Assembly (NCBI GenBank): GCA_046485285.1
Contig: JAWOHE010000071.1
Location: forward strand, 1-19,633
Reading direction: 5' to 3'
Origin: a bacterium
Lineage (GTDB): Bacteria; Hydrothermota; Tepidihabitantia; Tepidihabitantales; Tepidihabitantaceae
DNA: 19,633 nucleotides
The position numbers and the translations under genes were made by a program. Position 1 is the first letter of the stretch, and every line of letters starts with the position of its first letter. Of the stretch, positions 1 to 7,904 are shown one piece after another. The notes under the pieces were generated by a model, which searched no databases, was not told the origin of the DNA, and saw nothing but the letters and a program-made list of their open reading frames with translations.

Positions 1-1
1 G

Positions 2-208
2 ATAAAGATAAAAACCTGATAAGTTTGTCTCGGTCTGGGTAGTCCAATTCAGGGTAACATAATTCTGTGCATTAACAACGGCTGTGAAAGAGGAAAGCTC
101 CACCGGCCAGAGCCCGACCTGCCGGCAGTTGAGCGAGTCCTGCCCGGGCGCAGGCAGGGCCAGCGCGAGCAGGACGACAATCGTTGGAATCAGCAGGAAT
201 CGGTCCAT
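2..208 (-). CDS. Secreted protein, 5' partial (runs off window edge)
   Basis: Not in the ORF track. SD AGGGAGG (220-214), ATG at 208, open to the edge: MDRFLLIPTIVVLLALALPAPGQDSLNCRQVGLWPVELSSFTAVVNAQNYVTLNWTTQTETNLSGFYLY. Signal peptide, then a PVELSSF..V.L.W.T..E.N..GF motif seen in Ig-like domains near T9SS-type C-terminal sorting domains. Confidence 0.75.
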   Translation of the reverse strand, partial: MDRFLLIPTIVVLLALALPAPGQDSLNCRQVGLWPVELSSFTAVVNAQNYVTLNWTTQTETNLSGFYLY

Positions 209-261
209 CGTGTCCTCCCTTCGGCCCGCGGGACTCGCGGAGAGGTCAGGGCCGGTCAAAG

Positions 262-306
262 CTAAGTGCCGCCCCCCCCCGCACTTACTGACATCCGCAC
301 TCTCAT
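262..306 (-). CDS. 14-aa upstream ORF containing a G9 tract (MRVRMSVSAGGGGT)
   Basis: Strong SD GAGGAGG just upstream of ATG at 306; TAG at 264-262; C9 on + at 272-280. Confidence 0.55.
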   Translation of the reverse strand: MRVRMSVSAGGGGT

Positions 307-420
307 CGTTCCTCCTCGCCGGACGCCCGGCCCGGACTGCGCAGCCCTCTACCGATTCGGCAGGGACGCGGTCCGTCTGAGCCACGGAGCCGCCGCGACT
401 CAAGCCCTGTCGTCGGGAAC

Positions 421-448
421 AGGTTAGGCAGAATGCCCCTCGTGTCAA
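421..448 (-). promoter_or_regulatory. Sigma70-type promoter for the leftward uORF and secreted-protein gene
   Basis: Minus strand TTGACA (448-443)-N16-TAACCT (426-421). Confidence 0.6.
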
Positions 449-491
449 GAGGCAATCTCAGCGCCGTGCATTCACGGGGAATGACGACATC

Positions 492-520
492 TTGACTGAT
501 GCGCCGTGGTCTTCTATCCT
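492..520 (+). promoter_or_regulatory. Sigma70-type promoter for greA
   Basis: TTGACT (492-497)-N17-TATCCT (515-520), 8 nt before an in-frame GTG at 529. Confidence 0.6.
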
Positions 521-528
521 CTCGTCCA

Positions 529-2448
529 GTGGTCGATCCAGCGTCGGTCTTTCGTCAGCACCTCGGACGCCGCGAGTTTGAACTGCTGGAAGGAGACTGG
601 CTTGAGCTTCTGGGGTCTTCACTCCCGCCGACAGACCTCCTCGACCTGGTCGAGCTTGCCGTTCGCTATGCCCCGGCCGGCACTGCCGTCGACCTGCTGA
701 GAGTGCTCGCCGAGTGGCTCGGCGAGAAAGGCGAATGGTGTTGGCAGTTGGCAGCCCTGCGACGGCTCCTCGAGCTCGGCGGCGACGAACCCGGGCTTGC
801 CGAGCTGATCGCCAACTGCTACCGACGGCTTCACGCGGGAGACGAGATGATCGAACGCCTGCTCCAGCGGTCCGGCCTTGGCTACGGCGGCGAGACCCGC
901 CGTGCGTTCGACGCAATCGAGAATCTCGTGAAACTGTTGCCCGGACGCGTCCTGCTGGACCCGGAGTGCGGGCCGGTGAGGGTCACCAGGACCGACCTCC
1001 TGCTGGACCGTTCGACCGTCCGGACAACCGACGGGCGCGAGCTCGTGCTGGACCTGAATGCCGCGGCCAGCAGGCTGAGACCGGTCGAGCCCGGCGGGCT
1101 CTACGAACTGCTCATCACCGACCCGACCCGCCTGGGTGCCGCGGTCAGGGACGCACCGGGGCGCTTCGTCCAGTCGCTCCTGCGCGACCGGCGCCGGCCG
1201 ATGTCCGCGCGGGAAATCCGCGCCGAACTCGCTGACGTCATAACCGACAGCGAATGGGACGGCTTCTGGGGCCGGGCCCGGCGCGAGCTCGACGGCGCCC
1301 CCCACGTGATGACCGTGGACCGGCCCGCGCGCGGCTACCAATGGTCGGATGTCCCGGTCGAGCAGGCGGAATCGCGGCCCCGCAAGTCACCGGCACGCGG
1401 AGCGCCCGTGTCCGAGGAGGGGCTGGCAAGTGCGTCCCGCGCTGATGCGCTCGCGATGTACACCGCCCGGGCCAGGCTGACCGACCGGCGCCAGTTCGTC
1501 AGTCTTGCCGTGGAGTCCGGGCGGCCGGACCTGCCGGAGCTCCTGTCCGACCTGTTCTGCGCCGAGCGTGACTCGCGCGCCCGCGACTTCATCGAGGGGC
1601 AGTTGCGACAGCTATCACCCGGGTCGTGGACCAGGCTGGTCGCCCGGGTGCTGACGTCGTACCGGCAACTGCCCGCTGCGTTCGCTTGGGTCGCCGCGAA
1701 TTCGGCGAGGCTCGAGGGCGTCGAGCCTTCGGCCGTGCTGACCCGGACGCTCGACCTGCTCGAATCACCGGACCACAAGGCGCAGTTCGCCACGCTGTTG
1801 CGCGCGCTCTTCGCGGACGACTACCGGCTGGTCCGGGCGAGCCTGGACGCGTCGGAGCCGGCCGGTGCCCGCCGCCTGTTGGACCGGCTCGGCCGCATCG
1901 CCGGCGTCGAGGACTACCGCCGCCAGGAGCTCGCCGCGCTGGTCCAGGCCCGCCATCCGGTTCTCGGTGACAGCCCGGACGACGGCGTGATGCTCACGAC
2001 CGCCGCCGGGTTGGCGCGAGCCCGGGGCGAACTCAAACGGCTGACCGGGGAGGAGATGCCCCGCGTCGCCGATGAGCTGGGCCGGGCCCGCGCCCAGGGC
2101 GACCTCAGCGAGAACTACGAGTACAAGGCGGCCAAGGAGAAGCAGGCCCGGCTCGCGGCCCGGGTCGGGCGCCTGCAGGCCGAACTGGGCCGCGCGAGGG
2201 TGGTCCGTCCCGACGAGGTCGAGCGCGACCGCGTGTCTTTCGGCTGTCGCGTCGACGTCGAGGACAACACCGGGGCCGTGACCGGCTACTCGGTCCTCGG
2301 GCCGTGGGATTCCGACCCTGACCGCGGGGTGATTTCCTACCTGGCCCCGCTCGGACGCGCGATGCTCGGCCGGCGCGCCGGCGAAAGCTTCGAGCTCGAT
2401 GGCCGCATCCACACGATCGTCGGCATCGCCCCTGCCGGGTTTGACTGA
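529..2448 (+). CDS. greA: Transcription elongation factor GreA with long N-terminal extension
   Basis: C-terminal Gre domain (ARAQGDLSENYEYKAAKEKQ; VSFGCRV; ILGPWD-like VLGPWDSD; ISYLAPLGRAMLG). Start moved from ATG 499, which lies inside the promoter, to GTG 529. Confidence 0.9.
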   Translation: MVDPASVFRQHLGRREFELLEGDWLELLGSSLPPTDLLDLVELAVRYAPAGTAVDLLRVLAEWLGEKGEWCWQLAALRRLLELGGDEPGLAELIANCYRRLHAGDEMIERLLQRSGLGYGGETRRAFDAIENLVKLLPGRVLLDPECGPVRVTRTDLLLDRSTVRTTDGRELVLDLNAAASRLRPVEPGGLYELLITDPTRLGAAVRDAPGRFVQSLLRDRRRPMSAREIRAELADVITDSEWDGFWGRARRELDGAPHVMTVDRPARGYQWSDVPVEQAESRPRKSPARGAPVSEEGLASASRADALAMYTARARLTDRRQFVSLAVESGRPDLPELLSDLFCAERDSRARDFIEGQLRQLSPGSWTRLVARVLTSYRQLPAAFAWVAANSARLEGVEPSAVLTRTLDLLESPDHKAQFATLLRALFADDYRLVRASLDASEPAGARRLLDRLGRIAGVEDYRRQELAALVQARHPVLGDSPDDGVMLTTAAGLARARGELKRLTGEEMPRVADELGRARAQGDLSENYEYKAAKEKQARLAARVGRLQAELGRARVVRPDEVERDRVSFGCRVDVEDNTGAVTGYSVLGPWDSDPDRGVISYLAPLGRAMLGRRAGESFELDGRIHTIVGIAPAGFD

Positions 2449-3113
2449 TGCCCATCACCCTGCGCGTCCGGCCCGGCCGGCCGAATGATTCGGCGGTCCT
2501 GGAGGCCGCCGCGATTATCCGGGCAGGCGGCATCGTCGTGTTCCCGACCGAGACCGTCTACGGCATCGGTATCGGGCTCGACCACGCGGGAAGCGGGGAG
2601 ACGGGAGTGGCCCGCGTCTCCGCGCTGAAGGGACGGCCCGCCGGGATGCCGGTACTGCTCCACTGTGCCTCGGTCCAGGACATCCCGGGATTGGCCCGGT
2701 CGATGCCGCGGTCGGCGCTCGACCTGGTGCAGGCCTTCCTGCCCGGCCCGCTGGCGCTCGTACTGCCCGCATCCGACCGCGTGCCCGCCGCACTGCAGGG
2801 ACCGGGCGGCACGGTCGGCATCCGCGTGGTCGCACTGCCGGTCACCCAGGCGCTCATCCGCCGGGTCGGGACGCCGCTTGCCGGGTCGAGTGCCAACCCG
2901 CACGGCACGCCGGCGACCGCCGGGTTCTCCGAACTCGACGCAGCGATCCTGGCCGGCGCGGACGTCATCCTCGACTCGGGCCGATGTGGAACCGGCCTGG
3001 CCTCGACGGTGGTGGACCTGGCGACCGGCCCGCCGCGACTGCTTCGCGAAGGCGCGATTCCCCGCGCGGCGGTCGAGTCGGTGCTGGACGTGCGGCTGGC
3101 GGAAAGCGGCTAG
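2448..3113 (+). CDS. tsaC: L-threonylcarbamoyladenylate synthase (YrdC domain only)
   Basis: VVFPTETVYGIG, LKGRP, FLPGPLALVL, TVGIRV, SSANPHG, ASTVVD, LLREGAI motifs; TGATG overlap with greA. Confidence 0.93.
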   Translation: MPITLRVRPGRPNDSAVLEAAAIIRAGGIVVFPTETVYGIGIGLDHAGSGETGVARVSALKGRPAGMPVLLHCASVQDIPGLARSMPRSALDLVQAFLPGPLALVLPASDRVPAALQGPGGTVGIRVVALPVTQALIRRVGTPLAGSSANPHGTPATAGFSELDAAILAGADVILDSGRCGTGLASTVVDLATGPPRLLREGAIPRAAVESVLDVRLAESG

Positions 3114-4672
3114 TAGCGGTACTCGAACCGCAGTCCGAAGTCGAGCCCCGAGCGTCTTTCGGTCGTGCCGTCGGCGTTCTCCCGGCGCCACCAGGAGAAG
3201 TCGCCGAGAACCCTGAGGTCGCGCAGGGGACGAAGGCCCGCTTCCAGCCCGAGCCTGAGCTCGCGCTCGATCAGTTCGCCCTCGAGCTCGGACGGGAACC
3301 CGCCGGGAAGCCCGCCTCCCAGCCAGCTCCTGCGCTCGAAGTCGCCGCGGTTGTGATAGCCGCGCCGGACGTGACGGCCGAAGGCACACAGCTCCAGCGG
3401 CTCCGCCGGAAACAGGCCGACCCGGAGGTCGAGCAGGTCGGCGTCAGGCCCAAGGCCGTGGCCGAGCGGCATCCCGTAGTGCTCGTACATGATGTGGTGG
3501 ATTCGGTGGTAGTAGGTGAACGGGTTGATCCGGACGTACTCGGCCCGCACGTCGAGCGGCAGGTTCGGCGCCCAGCGTCCACCGACCTGCACCGCGGTCG
3601 CATTCGGCGGCATCTGCTCGCGCGGTAGGAACTCGAAATTGTCGACGAGCAGAGCCGCGTAGGCCCGGAACGGCGCGAAGTCCAGCACCAGGTCGGCCCC
3701 GACCAGCAGGTTGTCGTCGTGGCCCGAGTTGGCGACCTCGAGGTAGATCGGTATCAACGGGTTCATCATCCCGAAGAAGGAACGCGTCTGGAGCGAGTCC
3801 CACGAGTAGACGTTGGCGAGCACCCCGCCCAGCCGCAGGCGCCGCCACGGCGACAGCTCGACCCGCTGGAGCGAGACGAACCGGTGCTTGAGCCCCCAGC
3901 GGGACAGGTAGGCGGTGAGACCCTGATACTTGAAGCCGCCGTAGTCCGCGACCAGCCCGACATGGTCGAGCGCGGGCGCCTCGTCGCCAAGGATCACCGC
4001 CCCGGTGTAGCCCGGCCCCCAGCGAAACTCGTCGCGGCCGACCCCGAGCCGGAGCCGCCACGGCAGGCGAAACGCCAGCCAGGCCTGCTCGACCTCGAGC
4101 GTCCCGAGGTTCATCCACGACTCGACCCGCGTCCCCCGGACGTAGTGGCCGGCCGAGTCCGCGACCTCGACCGTGTCCGGCCGGAACACCGTGAACTCGG
4201 CCCGTTCCAGGAACGCAAAGTCGGCGCCCGGCCGATTGCCGAGCGTCGCGCCGAGCGAGCCGAACACGTCGGTCCGCCCGCCCAGTCGCCTGACACCGCC
4301 GCGACTGAACAGGTCGGCATCGAACCTGGCGTCCGGGCCGGCCGGCGGGACCGGCAGGCTGAGCACCGGCCGGCGCGGCCCGCCGTATCCGCCGCCCGGC
4401 GCCAGATACTCCCGGAACTCGCGGGCCAGCCGGGCCAGCGCCGCACGCAGTCCGGGCGCGAGCCGTCGGCCCGCCGCCAGCGACTCGGCCTCGAAGGCGA
4501 GCCGGCCGGCCTGGCTCCTCGTCCACGGCCGGCTCGTGGGCGGCGCGGTCCTGACGAACCCTGCCACGCGCAACAGCTCGACGTCGTCGTAGACCGGCGA
4601 GTCGGTCGGGATGTGGGCGATGCTCGCCGCGGCCGTCGCGGCCAGCGCCAGGACCAGCAGGGCGGTTCGCAT
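3110..4672 (-). CDS. Capsule assembly Wzi-family-like outer-membrane beta-barrel protein
   Basis: Signal peptide; N-terminal TRPWTR helical segment; GRDEFRWGPGYTGAVILGDEAP; LGHGLGPDAD; C-terminal aromatic beta-signal LRFEYRY. Confidence 0.75.
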   Translation of the reverse strand: MRTALLVLALAATAAASIAHIPTDSPVYDDVELLRVAGFVRTAPPTSRPWTRSQAGRLAFEAESLAAGRRLAPGLRAALARLAREFREYLAPGGGYGGPRRPVLSLPVPPAGPDARFDADLFSRGGVRRLGGRTDVFGSLGATLGNRPGADFAFLERAEFTVFRPDTVEVADSAGHYVRGTRVESWMNLGTLEVEQAWLAFRLPWRLRLGVGRDEFRWGPGYTGAVILGDEAPALDHVGLVADYGGFKYQGLTAYLSRWGLKHRFVSLQRVELSPWRRLRLGGVLANVYSWDSLQTRSFFGMMNPLIPIYLEVANSGHDDNLLVGADLVLDFAPFRAYAALLVDNFEFLPREQMPPNATAVQVGGRWAPNLPLDVRAEYVRINPFTYYHRIHHIMYEHYGMPLGHGLGPDADLLDLRVGLFPAEPLELCAFGRHVRRGYHNRGDFERRSWLGGGLPGGFPSELEGELIERELRLGLEAGLRPLRDLRVLGDFSWWRRENADGTTERRSGLDFGLRFEYRY

Positions 4673-4679
4673 CTTCGCG

Positions 4680-5309
4680 CTAGCGGATGACGCCGAGCCA
4701 GTCCCGGAGCAGGAACTGCAGCCGGCCGATCAGGAGCGACATCCGCGCCATCACCGTGTAGCCGAACGATGCCCCGAACCCGACCATCAGGAAGACGACG
4801 CCGGTCTCGGACGCGACCTTGAGCGCGCCCTTGTGCTCGCGCGAGAAAAAGAAGTAGAAAACCGAACAGACGACGCCGACGAACGATATCAGCGCGCCGA
4901 GCAGGACATCCCAGCGCGAGAAGTCCGCGGGCGTCAAGAGCGAGCCCTGGATCTGCTTGATGACGTTGGTCTGGAAGAACGCCGGGATCGCCACGCCCGA
5001 GGCCCAGCCGAGCACGAACGCCATCGGGAACCGGATCAGCCAGGAGACCTTCGGGACGAACCGCGCGAAGTAGCAGAGCCCGAGCCCGAACGGGATGATG
5101 TAGACGAGCTGACCCTCGCGGAACAGCGGCGTCACGAGGTCCGGGTAGACCGAGTTGTACCACGTCAGCGCGATGGTGTAGCCGACCGAGACCCCGACGA
5201 ACAGGTGCTCGCAGAACTTGTAGAACGGGTTGTCCTTCCACAGGAACGAGAAGATGCCGAGTGTCAGGATGGCGGCAAGCCAGGTCAGGATGCTGGTCGA
5301 GACGTGCAT
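4680..5309 (-). CDS. Uncharacterised 6-TM membrane protein (209 aa; cluster subunit D)
   Basis: Start taken as ATG 5309 (MHVSTSILTW...), TGATG-coupled to the upstream gene; hydrophobic; KDNPFYKFCEHLFVGVSVGY and FGASFGYTVMARMSLLIGR motifs. Confidence 0.88.
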   Translation of the reverse strand: MHVSTSILTWLAAILTLGIFSFLWKDNPFYKFCEHLFVGVSVGYTIALTWYNSVYPDLVTPLFREGQLVYIIPFGLGLCYFARFVPKVSWLIRFPMAFVLGWASGVAIPAFFQTNVIKQIQGSLLTPADFSRWDVLLGALISFVGVVCSVFYFFFSREHKGALKVASETGVVFLMVGFGASFGYTVMARMSLLIGRLQFLLRDWLGVIR

Positions 5310-6151
5310 CACGCCCTCCGCTTCCGGGTCGCGAAGTAGGCGACGTTGCCGATGACGACCAGCAGCATTATCACCACGTGCGCGAGCGACTGCGAGTCCA
5401 TCGCCGCCACCGCCGGCATGTAGCCCCGGCTGTAGCCGGCCTTCTGGATCATCACCTCGTACTCGGCCCCGCCCTTCATCCCGGCGAGCATCCCGGTGAG
5501 CTGGCCGCTCTGCAGGTAGGGATAGACGTCCGCGGCCGAGACCGCGGTCACCCCGGCGCCGACCTTCATCCCGTAGCGCGACTGGGCGTAGAGCAGCCAG
5601 TCGCGGTAGCCCGGGTCGCCGGCCGATATCGCCACCGCCATCGCGATATCGCGCAGCTTCGTCACCTCGCGCATCATCGCCAGCGACTCGAGCGGGTGCC
5701 CGTAGTAGTCGAGCGCGAAGACGTTGCGGATGCTCTCGCCCATCCCGAGAATCACCGCGTCGACCCCGGCCTTCCAGCCGAGGTAGACGACGTCCTCGCC
5801 GTAGACCTTGCCGTACTCGGGCGCGACCTCCTGCACCGCCTGGTCGGCGAGCCCGGCCCCGGTCACCCAGAGCCCGCACAGCACCACCCTGACGTCGCGC
5901 GCGAAGGCGTGGCGCATCAGCCCGACCAGCATCGGGTAGAGCTCCGGCATCGAGCTCGGGTCGAAATCCACCGAAATCAAGAGTGTCTGGCCGGCCGGGA
6001 TTGCGTCAACCGCCTCGAACAACGCCTGTGCCCGCGGCCCTGACGACACGCCCAGCCCGAGCGGCACGACCAGCGGGAAGGTCACCAGCGCCGCCATTAC
6101 GAGGAAGATGACCCGGCGGTCGATCCTCTGCAGCAGCTCGAAGAACCTCAC
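5309..6151 (-). CDS. Uncharacterised protein with N- and C-terminal TM anchors around an alpha/beta domain (280 aa; subunit C)
   Basis: GTG 6151 overlaps the upstream stop (GTGA); RIDRRVIFLV.. TM, DVVYLGW, GMKGGAEYE, MDSQSLAH + TM + RKRRA. Confidence 0.88.
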   Translation of the reverse strand: MRFFELLQRIDRRVIFLVMAALVTFPLVVPLGLGVSSGPRAQALFEAVDAIPAGQTLLISVDFDPSSMPELYPMLVGLMRHAFARDVRVVLCGLWVTGAGLADQAVQEVAPEYGKVYGEDVVYLGWKAGVDAVILGMGESIRNVFALDYYGHPLESLAMMREVTKLRDIAMAVAISAGDPGYRDWLLYAQSRYGMKVGAGVTAVSAADVYPYLQSGQLTGMLAGMKGGAEYEVMIQKAGYSRGYMPAVAAMDSQSLAHVVIMLLVVIGNVAYFATRKRRA

Positions 6152-6777
6152 GACTTCCCGCCCCCCAGCCAGCCGCGCTCGATGCCGAGAATCACCTTGA
6201 GCGAGGTCGCGATCGCGCCCAGCGCGACGCCGAACAGGATTCCCCGCTTCGCCGCCATGTTCGGGACCGAGAGCACCCACTCGGCGATGTCGGGCAGTTT
6301 GTCCCACATCACCCGCCCCACCGGCACCATCCCCAGCATCACGATGAACGCCGCGACGAGCAGCAGCGCCGCCTCCCTGGTCCGCGCCCGGAACGCCCGG
6401 TAGGCGGCCGAGGCCATGTAGAACGCGAGGATCGCGAACATCGAGGCGTTCAGCGGCACCAGCAGGTTCTTGAACACGACCTCCTGCAGCGGCGAGCCTG
6501 GCCGCACGCCCCAGCCCAGGCCGACGACCGTCGTCGCCACCACCGCGACCAGCGTGACGATCGAGTACGGCCAGCCCGCGCGCCTGCGCCGCAACCGGTC
6601 GGCGTGGTAGAGGACGAGACTGCCGACGCCAAGCACGAGCGCGAACGCGGCGACGATCCGAATCCACTTTGTCGTGACGTCGTAGACCGCGACCGAGGCC
6701 GGGTGCGGGACGAAGAACTGGATCATCATCATTACGCCCATCACCAGGCAGATGGCCAGGGGAATCGTCCGGCTCAC
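6148..6777 (-). CDS. Uncharacterised 6-TM membrane protein (209 aa; subunit B)
   Basis: SD-like AGGAGAGG, GTG start; six hydrophobic segments; SMFAILAFYMASAAYRAFRAR, VPNMAAKRGI, LKVILGIER motifs. Confidence 0.88.
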   Translation of the reverse strand: MSRTIPLAICLVMGVMMMIQFFVPHPASVAVYDVTTKWIRIVAAFALVLGVGSLVLYHADRLRRRRAGWPYSIVTLVAVVATTVVGLGWGVRPGSPLQEVVFKNLLVPLNASMFAILAFYMASAAYRAFRARTREAALLLVAAFIVMLGMVPVGRVMWDKLPDIAEWVLSVPNMAAKRGILFGVALGAIATSLKVILGIERGWLGGGKS

Positions 6778-6785
6778 GTCCTCTC

Positions 6786-7904
6786 CTAGCTCGTCTCAAA
6801 CAGGCCGGCGACGCGGCCGAGGAACCCGAGCGCGGGCAGTCGCGACAAGAGCATCAACGCCGACCCGAGGACGATGACCGCGAGGATGATGAGCTTCCCC
6901 AGGTCCTGGCCCTTGAGCGACCCCACCAGCAGCGGCTCGCGCGACAGGTAGGCCGACGCGGCGTAGAGCTCCTCGCCGATGAGCGTGTAGTCGCAGGCGG
7001 TGATGAAGAACGGGAGCTGGAACACCGAATCGGTGCCGGCGATCTGGATCGCGCCGGTCGTCGCGCCGGTCTCGGCGAGAATCAGCGACTCGGCCCAGAA
7101 CGTCCCGAGGAAGAAGTTCGTCGCCGGCTTCTCGCGGACCATCAGCCCGTCCACCGCCGCGGCGTAGGCGAACTGCTCCGAGGTCACGAAGAACACGCTA
7201 TCCTGCCTGAATGCATCCGGCCGCCCGGCCCTCGTGTAGGCCTCGCGGACGACCTCCCTCGCCACGGTGTAGACGATCGGGTCGCGGTTCGGCACGAGCA
7301 GTGTCGAATCGTACTGGGCGATCTTCTTCGCCACCTCGCCGAGGATGTTTATCGAGGCGATTGTCGCGATTTGCGACACGTCGGCCAGCCCGGGGACGTA
7401 GATTATCGGCCGTCCCATCTCGGTCGCCCGGCCGACCGCCTCCTCGACCGCATCCAGCCCGGCGATTCGCCGGATGAAGAGGCTCTTCCCGCGCTTCGCC
7501 TGCTGGATGAAGTAGATGACCAGCGCAAAGAACACCACCATCCCGACGAGAATGTTGATCCGGTCGGTGTTGAAGAACTGCGGCGCGGCTATCGCCTGCG
7601 CCGACGCCTCTGACCATAACGTATCCGCGTCCGTCACCGCTGCGACGCGGTAGCGATAGGCCACGCCGTTCCCCGCGCCCTCGTCGAGGAAGCCCGCGTC
7701 GGTCCCGGGCACGGACGCTATCACCTCGGCCTCGCCGCCCTCGGCCGTCCGCTCGATCAGCCACGCCTCGGCCGCGACACCCGCGCCCGCCTGCCAGCAC
7801 ACGGTGATGCTGCCGCCCCGGTCGTTCGGCGTATCCGCCGCCGTGACCAGGCCCGGCGCCCCGGCCGAATGGACGCCCAGCAGGACGACGAAGAGCGCCA
7901 TCAT
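6786..7904 (-). CDS. FN3-like domain + TM + DUF6754-like domain protein (372 aa; subunit A)
   Basis: ATG 7904 overlaps the MazG-like stop (ATGA); signal peptide; FN3-like (DTPNDRGGSITVCW...FLD...YRYRVAAV); TM; IRRIAGLDAVEEAVGRATEMGRP...DYTLIGEELYAASAYLS, recalled as DUF6754. Confidence 0.85.
   Translation of the reverse strand: MMALFVVLLGVHSAGAPGLVTAADTPNDRGGSITVCWQAGAGVAAEAWLIERTAEGGEAEVIASVPGTDAGFLDEGAGNGVAYRYRVAAVTDADTLWSEASAQAIAAPQFFNTDRINILVGMVVFFALVIYFIQQAKRGKSLFIRRIAGLDAVEEAVGRATEMGRPIIYVPGLADVSQIATIASINILGEVAKKIAQYDSTLLVPNRDPIVYTVAREVVREAYTRAGRPDAFRQDSVFFVTSEQFAYAAAVDGLMVREKPATNFFLGTFWAESLILAETGATTGAIQIAGTDSVFQLPFFITACDYTLIGEELYAASAYLSREPLLVGSLKGQDLGKLIILAVIVLGSALMLLSRLPALGFLGRVAGLFETS

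Noticed and set aside
139-158. CCTGCC..GGCAGG palindrome as another REP-like copy
   Set aside because: It encodes the LPAPGQ end of a signal peptide and is short enough to be chance in GC-rich DNA.
84-380. 98-aa plus-strand ORF
   Set aside because: Antisense to the SD-supported secreted-protein gene and uORF; no protein features.
499-528. ATG 499 as the greA start
   Set aside because: It lies between the -35 and -10 boxes of the predicted promoter and has no SD; GTG 529 is preferred.
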